Assembly (NCBI GenBank): GCA_965656495.1
Contig: CBFHKU010000005.1
Coordinates: forward strand, 49,096-70,756
Length of the DNA stretch: 21,661 nt
Direction: 5' to 3'
Source of the DNA: Coraliomargaritaceae bacterium
GTDB taxonomy: Bacteria > Verrucomicrobiota > Verrucomicrobiia > Opitutales > Coraliomargaritaceae
Position numbers and translations under genes: made by a program
Notes under the pieces: model-generated
Told to the model about the DNA's origin: nothing
Databases searched by the model: none
Seen by the model: only the letters and a program-made list of their open reading frames with translations
Part shown: piece by piece, positions 18,126-21,661 of the stretch
Layout of the letters: each line of letters starts with the position of its first letter
How positions within the stretch are numbered: the first letter of the stretch is position 1

Positions 18126-19661
18126 ATGAAAATGGTACGCGGTCTCATCCTGGGTTTCCTGTTTGCATTGCTTGTGCTGCCTTATCTCCTCTATGAGGAG
18201 CCCCCCGTGCCCGAGGGAACCGAGCTCGCCAGTCCCGATTGTCGTTACGGGGAGGTTCGCCTTTTGGTGGATCAGACCTACGCGAAAGCGGCGGGTGGTG
18301 GGAATGTAAGTTCGCAGGAAATTTTTGATACGATCCTGGCTGAAATCGCGGCGGCGGAGACATACCTGATTCTGGATTTCTTTCTATGGAACAACTGGCT
18401 GGGAAAGCTTGAATCAACCGCGCCGATGCGTCCCCTGGCACGCGAACTCTTGAACGCCCTCAACGCCAAACAGCGCGCCAATCCCGAACTCCCCATCGTG
18501 GTCATCACCGACCCCATCAATCGTTTCTACGGGAGCGATACCGAGCTCCACCTCGCTGCCGGAGAGCCAATAAACTTTCCGCTCATTTTTACCGATCTTT
18601 CCCGGATGCGGGATTCCAATTGGGTGTATGCACCGCTGGCGGAATTCTGGGGGCGTTTGCTCGCGCCATTCAAATTGGGAGGCATCCGCCCGCCACTCAA
18701 AAATCCCTTTGAAGCCAGTGCGGCGCGTTGGTCGCTTTCGCAATGGAACCGCCTCTTACACTTTAAAGCGAACCACCGCAAAGTGCTCATCGCGGGGCGA
18801 AGCAATGGTGAATCCCGCATGATCGTGAGCAGCTTCAACCCCGCCGATGGCAGCGCGCGCCACACTAATGTGGGGCTATTGGTCACGGGGCCGATTGCGC
18901 GCTATGCCGCACGTTCGGAGCTGGCAATTGCGCGCTGGTCCGCCCGCAACCCCGCGAATTGCAAGGGGCTCAAATCCTCGGAATGCATCGAAATTATCGA
19001 AAATCTGGAAGGTCGCATCGGCGAACTGGAATATCACGAACTGGCGGAAGTCGACGAACCGGCGGTTGCCTGGCGCAGCGAGGGCGCGATCCGCAGCACG
19101 CTCCTCGAGGTGTTGAATGCCGCCGGCGCGGGGGACCGCATCGACCTCGCGCTCTTTTATCTCTCGGACCGCGGGATTGTCGCAGCCCTGCGATCTGCCG
19201 CTGAGCGGGGCGCTAAGATCCGTTGTTTGTTGGATGCGAACAAGGATGCTTTTGGTCGGAAAAAGAACGGCATCCCGAATCGGGTGGTGGCAGCGGAGCT
19301 TTTGGAATCACCGGGTGGTGACACTGGTGCTATCTCAGTGCGTTGGGCCGATACCCGTGGCGAGCAATTTCATTCCAAGGTGCTCCGCATCCATGGACCC
19401 GCGACCGATCTGCTGTGCCTCGGTTCTGCTAACTGGACGCGCCGCAACCTGGATAGCCTAAATCTGGAAGCCAATTTGCTTTTGCAGAATAATGCTTTGG
19501 TCGGGCTGCAGTGGGATGCGTATTTTAATGCCCTTTGGAACAACGCCGCTGGCGCGGAAGTGAGTCTGCCTTATTCTGAGCTCAGTTTGACCGGTTGGTC
19601 ACTCCGTTGGAAAACCGCGCTGTATCGATTCCAGGAATGGAGCGGGCTTTCTACTTTTTGA
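18126..19661 (+). CDS. Phospholipase D-superfamily protein
   Basis: N-terminal TM helix; two HxK motifs (HRKVLIAG...SSFNP and HSKVLRIH...GSANW). Start at ATG 18126. Confidence 0.88.
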   Translation: MKMVRGLILGFLFALLVLPYLLYEEPPVPEGTELASPDCRYGEVRLLVDQTYAKAAGGGNVSSQEIFDTILAEIAAAETYLILDFFLWNNWLGKLESTAPMRPLARELLNALNAKQRANPELPIVVITDPINRFYGSDTELHLAAGEPINFPLIFTDLSRMRDSNWVYAPLAEFWGRLLAPFKLGGIRPPLKNPFEASAARWSLSQWNRLLHFKANHRKVLIAGRSNGESRMIVSSFNPADGSARHTNVGLLVTGPIARYAARSELAIARWSARNPANCKGLKSSECIEIIENLEGRIGELEYHELAEVDEPAVAWRSEGAIRSTLLEVLNAAGAGDRIDLALFYLSDRGIVAALRSAAERGAKIRCLLDANKDAFGRKKNGIPNRVVAAELLESPGGDTGAISVRWADTRGEQFHSKVLRIHGPATDLLCLGSANWTRRNLDSLNLEANLLLQNNALVGLQWDAYFNALWNNAAGAEVSLPYSELSLTGWSLRWKTALYRFQEWSGLSTF

Positions 19662-19765
19662 GGCTCCATTATCGCCGCTTCTATAAACTTAAAGCGGAAC
19701 TAATAGGTCAGAGCACCTGTGGCTTTAGTATCGTTTAAAAGCGGGATATTTTATTTAATGATGAG

Positions 19766-21202
19766 ATGGAAAAGGATTTATCCAAGGAAGGCTTCCGCGC
19801 TTGGCCGAAAATCATTCAGGGAGGCATGGGCGTGGCCGTTTCAAACTGGAATCTGGCGCGTGCAGTCTCATTGAGCGGGCAAATGGGAGTGGTCTCGGGG
19901 ACGGCATTGGACACGGTTTTGATTCGCCGCTTGCAGGACGGAGACAAGGATGGAGCAATGCGGCGAGCGATTGCGGCTTTTCCCTGTCAAAGGATAGGGG
20001 AGGCGATTGTGCGCCGCTGGTATCGGGAAGAAGGGCGCGGGGACAAAGAAGCTTACGAGTTAAAGCCGCTGCCAAAAGTAGAGATGGGGCGCCGCGAAAT
20101 GGAACTGTTGATCGTGGCAGGTTTTGTGGAGGTCTTTCTTGCGAAGGAGGGCCATAGCGGTTGGGTGGGGATCAATTTTTTGGAGAAGATTCAAATCCCA
20201 ACCTTACCGACGCTGTTGGGTGCCATGCTCGCGGGGGTGGATGTCGTTTTGGTGGGCGGCGGCATTCCTCTTTTTATACCCTCGGTGCTCGATGCCTTTG
20301 CGCGGTTTCAACGGGCTGAAATTAAGATTCATGTCCAGGATGCCAGCCCTGAAAAAGCGCCGCGCATGTCTTTGGATCCACAGGAATTCTTTCCCGACTT
20401 CAAGGCTTGTCTGGCGCGACCCCTTTTCTTCGCAATTGTATCATCCGAGGTCCTCGCAAAAAGTTTAATACGCAAACTGGGCAGCGGGATCAGCGGACTG
20501 GTTGTGGAGCATCACATTGCGGGTGGGCACAATGCCCCGCCACGCCGGGACAATACTTATGGCGAGCGGGACGAGTGCGACCCGCAGCGTATCGCCACCT
20601 TGGGCAAACCCTTTTGGTTGGCGGGCGGGAAGGCTTCACCGGCAGCCCTGCAAGCGGCGCTGGATTGCGGCGCCCAAGGGGTGCAAATCGGATCGGCCTT
20701 TGCTTGCTCCGATGAATCCGGTATTTTGAAGAGTATCAAGCGGGCAACCATTCAGGCTTATCGGGATGGAGTTTTAAAATGGGTCACCGATTTTAAGGCA
20801 TCACCCACCGGCTATCCCTTCAAGCGAGTGCTGATGGCAGGACATAGCGACAGCACCGATGCGCGTGCGATGTGTACCTTGGGATATTTGCGTCACGTCT
20901 TTAGGGATTTTAAGGGACAAATTTCCTATCGCTGTCCGGCCTCTGTAAAAAAGGTGTTCTATGCAAAGGGAGGAACACCGGAGGCGGCGGAAGGTAAGCT
21001 ATGCCTCTGTAACGGCCTCCTCGCGACGGTGGGTTTGGGGCAGATCAAGGGAGATGGTACCAGTGAGCGCCCCCTCCTGACCCTCGGTGAAGACCTGTCC
21101 TTTCTGGATGCGCTGCTCAGTCCCTCAAAACTGAGTTACAGCGCAGACGAACTCATCGCTTATCTTACCCGGGGCTTGCCCGCCTTAGCCCGCGGGGCGT
21201 GA
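19766..21202 (+). CDS. Nitronate monooxygenase/FabK-FabX-family flavoenzyme (long form)
   Basis: IIQGGMGVAVS, AGGH, LAGG, GAQGVQIGSAF, SPTGYPF. Confidence 0.88.
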   Translation: MEKDLSKEGFRAWPKIIQGGMGVAVSNWNLARAVSLSGQMGVVSGTALDTVLIRRLQDGDKDGAMRRAIAAFPCQRIGEAIVRRWYREEGRGDKEAYELKPLPKVEMGRREMELLIVAGFVEVFLAKEGHSGWVGINFLEKIQIPTLPTLLGAMLAGVDVVLVGGGIPLFIPSVLDAFARFQRAEIKIHVQDASPEKAPRMSLDPQEFFPDFKACLARPLFFAIVSSEVLAKSLIRKLGSGISGLVVEHHIAGGHNAPPRRDNTYGERDECDPQRIATLGKPFWLAGGKASPAALQAALDCGAQGVQIGSAFACSDESGILKSIKRATIQAYRDGVLKWVTDFKASPTGYPFKRVLMAGHSDSTDARAMCTLGYLRHVFRDFKGQISYRCPASVKKVFYAKGGTPEAAEGKLCLCNGLLATVGLGQIKGDGTSERPLLTLGEDLSFLDALLSPSKLSYSADELIAYLTRGLPALARGA

Positions 21203-21203
21203 C

Positions 21204-21443
21204 TTACTTTTCGCTCGCCACCATTTTGCTGAGCTTGCCGTCGACAAAATAATAGAGGTCTTCGTTCGCCTTATAGGTGACTCGGTTTTCCTCCATTTCA
21301 AGCAGGACGCTACTGTGGGTGGAGTTCAACCAGGCCTCCTCGGTCATTCCAATGAAGGGGCGGGTATTTTTGATGTTGCTCGTAGTTGTAGTTTCGCAGG
21401 CGGAGAGCACTAAAACTAGGAGGAGGGGAAGCAAGTATTTCAT
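21204..21443 (-). CDS. Small hypothetical lipoprotein
   Basis: MKYLLPLLLVLVLSA|C lipobox; IGMTEE and YYFVDGKL are reminiscent of BamE/OsmE-like folds. Confidence 0.75.
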   Translation of the reverse strand: MKYLLPLLLVLVLSACETTTTSNIKNTRPFIGMTEEAWLNSTHSSVLLEMEENRVTYKANEDLYYFVDGKLSKMVASEK

Positions 21444-21661
21444 GATGATTGGATTTTGGCGATGGACATAGAAGACGAAACCGCATGGGGTTCACGCGTT
21501 CGGACGTACCTGTAATGTAAAAATAATGCGGCAAAAGTTCCCATTAAAATCGGAGGCCAGCTTAGCTGGCGACCGCTGATAGGCGCTTATATCCACTAAT
21601 GCTAAAAACAATACTATTAGTGTTTATAAGCGAAGATGAGCGGTTCCCGGCTCTGCCGGGT

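Noticed and set aside
21444..21661. ncRNA or element end in the terminal intergenic region
   Set aside because: Only short palindromes (GCCAGCTTAGCTGGC; CACTAAT/ATTAGTG), no recognisable family, and the context is truncated.

Overview
Mostly core chromosome of a moderately high-GC bacterium. Gene content and repeat style suggest Verrucomicrobiota (Opitutales-like); this is inference. Order: partial DUF1800 gene (missed by the ORF track), lolC/E-lolD, Gfo/Idh/MocA oxidoreductase, rpmA-rplU, atypical Fur regulator, TPR protein, priA, a ~1.1 kb partly AT-rich islet, dxs-xseB, trhO-like rhodanese, four prepilin genes, a 117-bp-period REP/BIME-like array, an octaheme c-type cytochrome lipoprotein with HEAT/TPR repeats, a PLD-family protein, an NMO-family flavoenzyme and a small lipoprotein. 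The priA-dxs islet looks like a decayed integron-cassette relic: a degenerate long attC-like site, an orphan YefM antitoxin and a ~7-codon toxin stub. Also notable are a local, orientation-independent G/C strand skew that flips sharply at that islet, the REP array, the incomplete pilin cassette and the octaheme protein.
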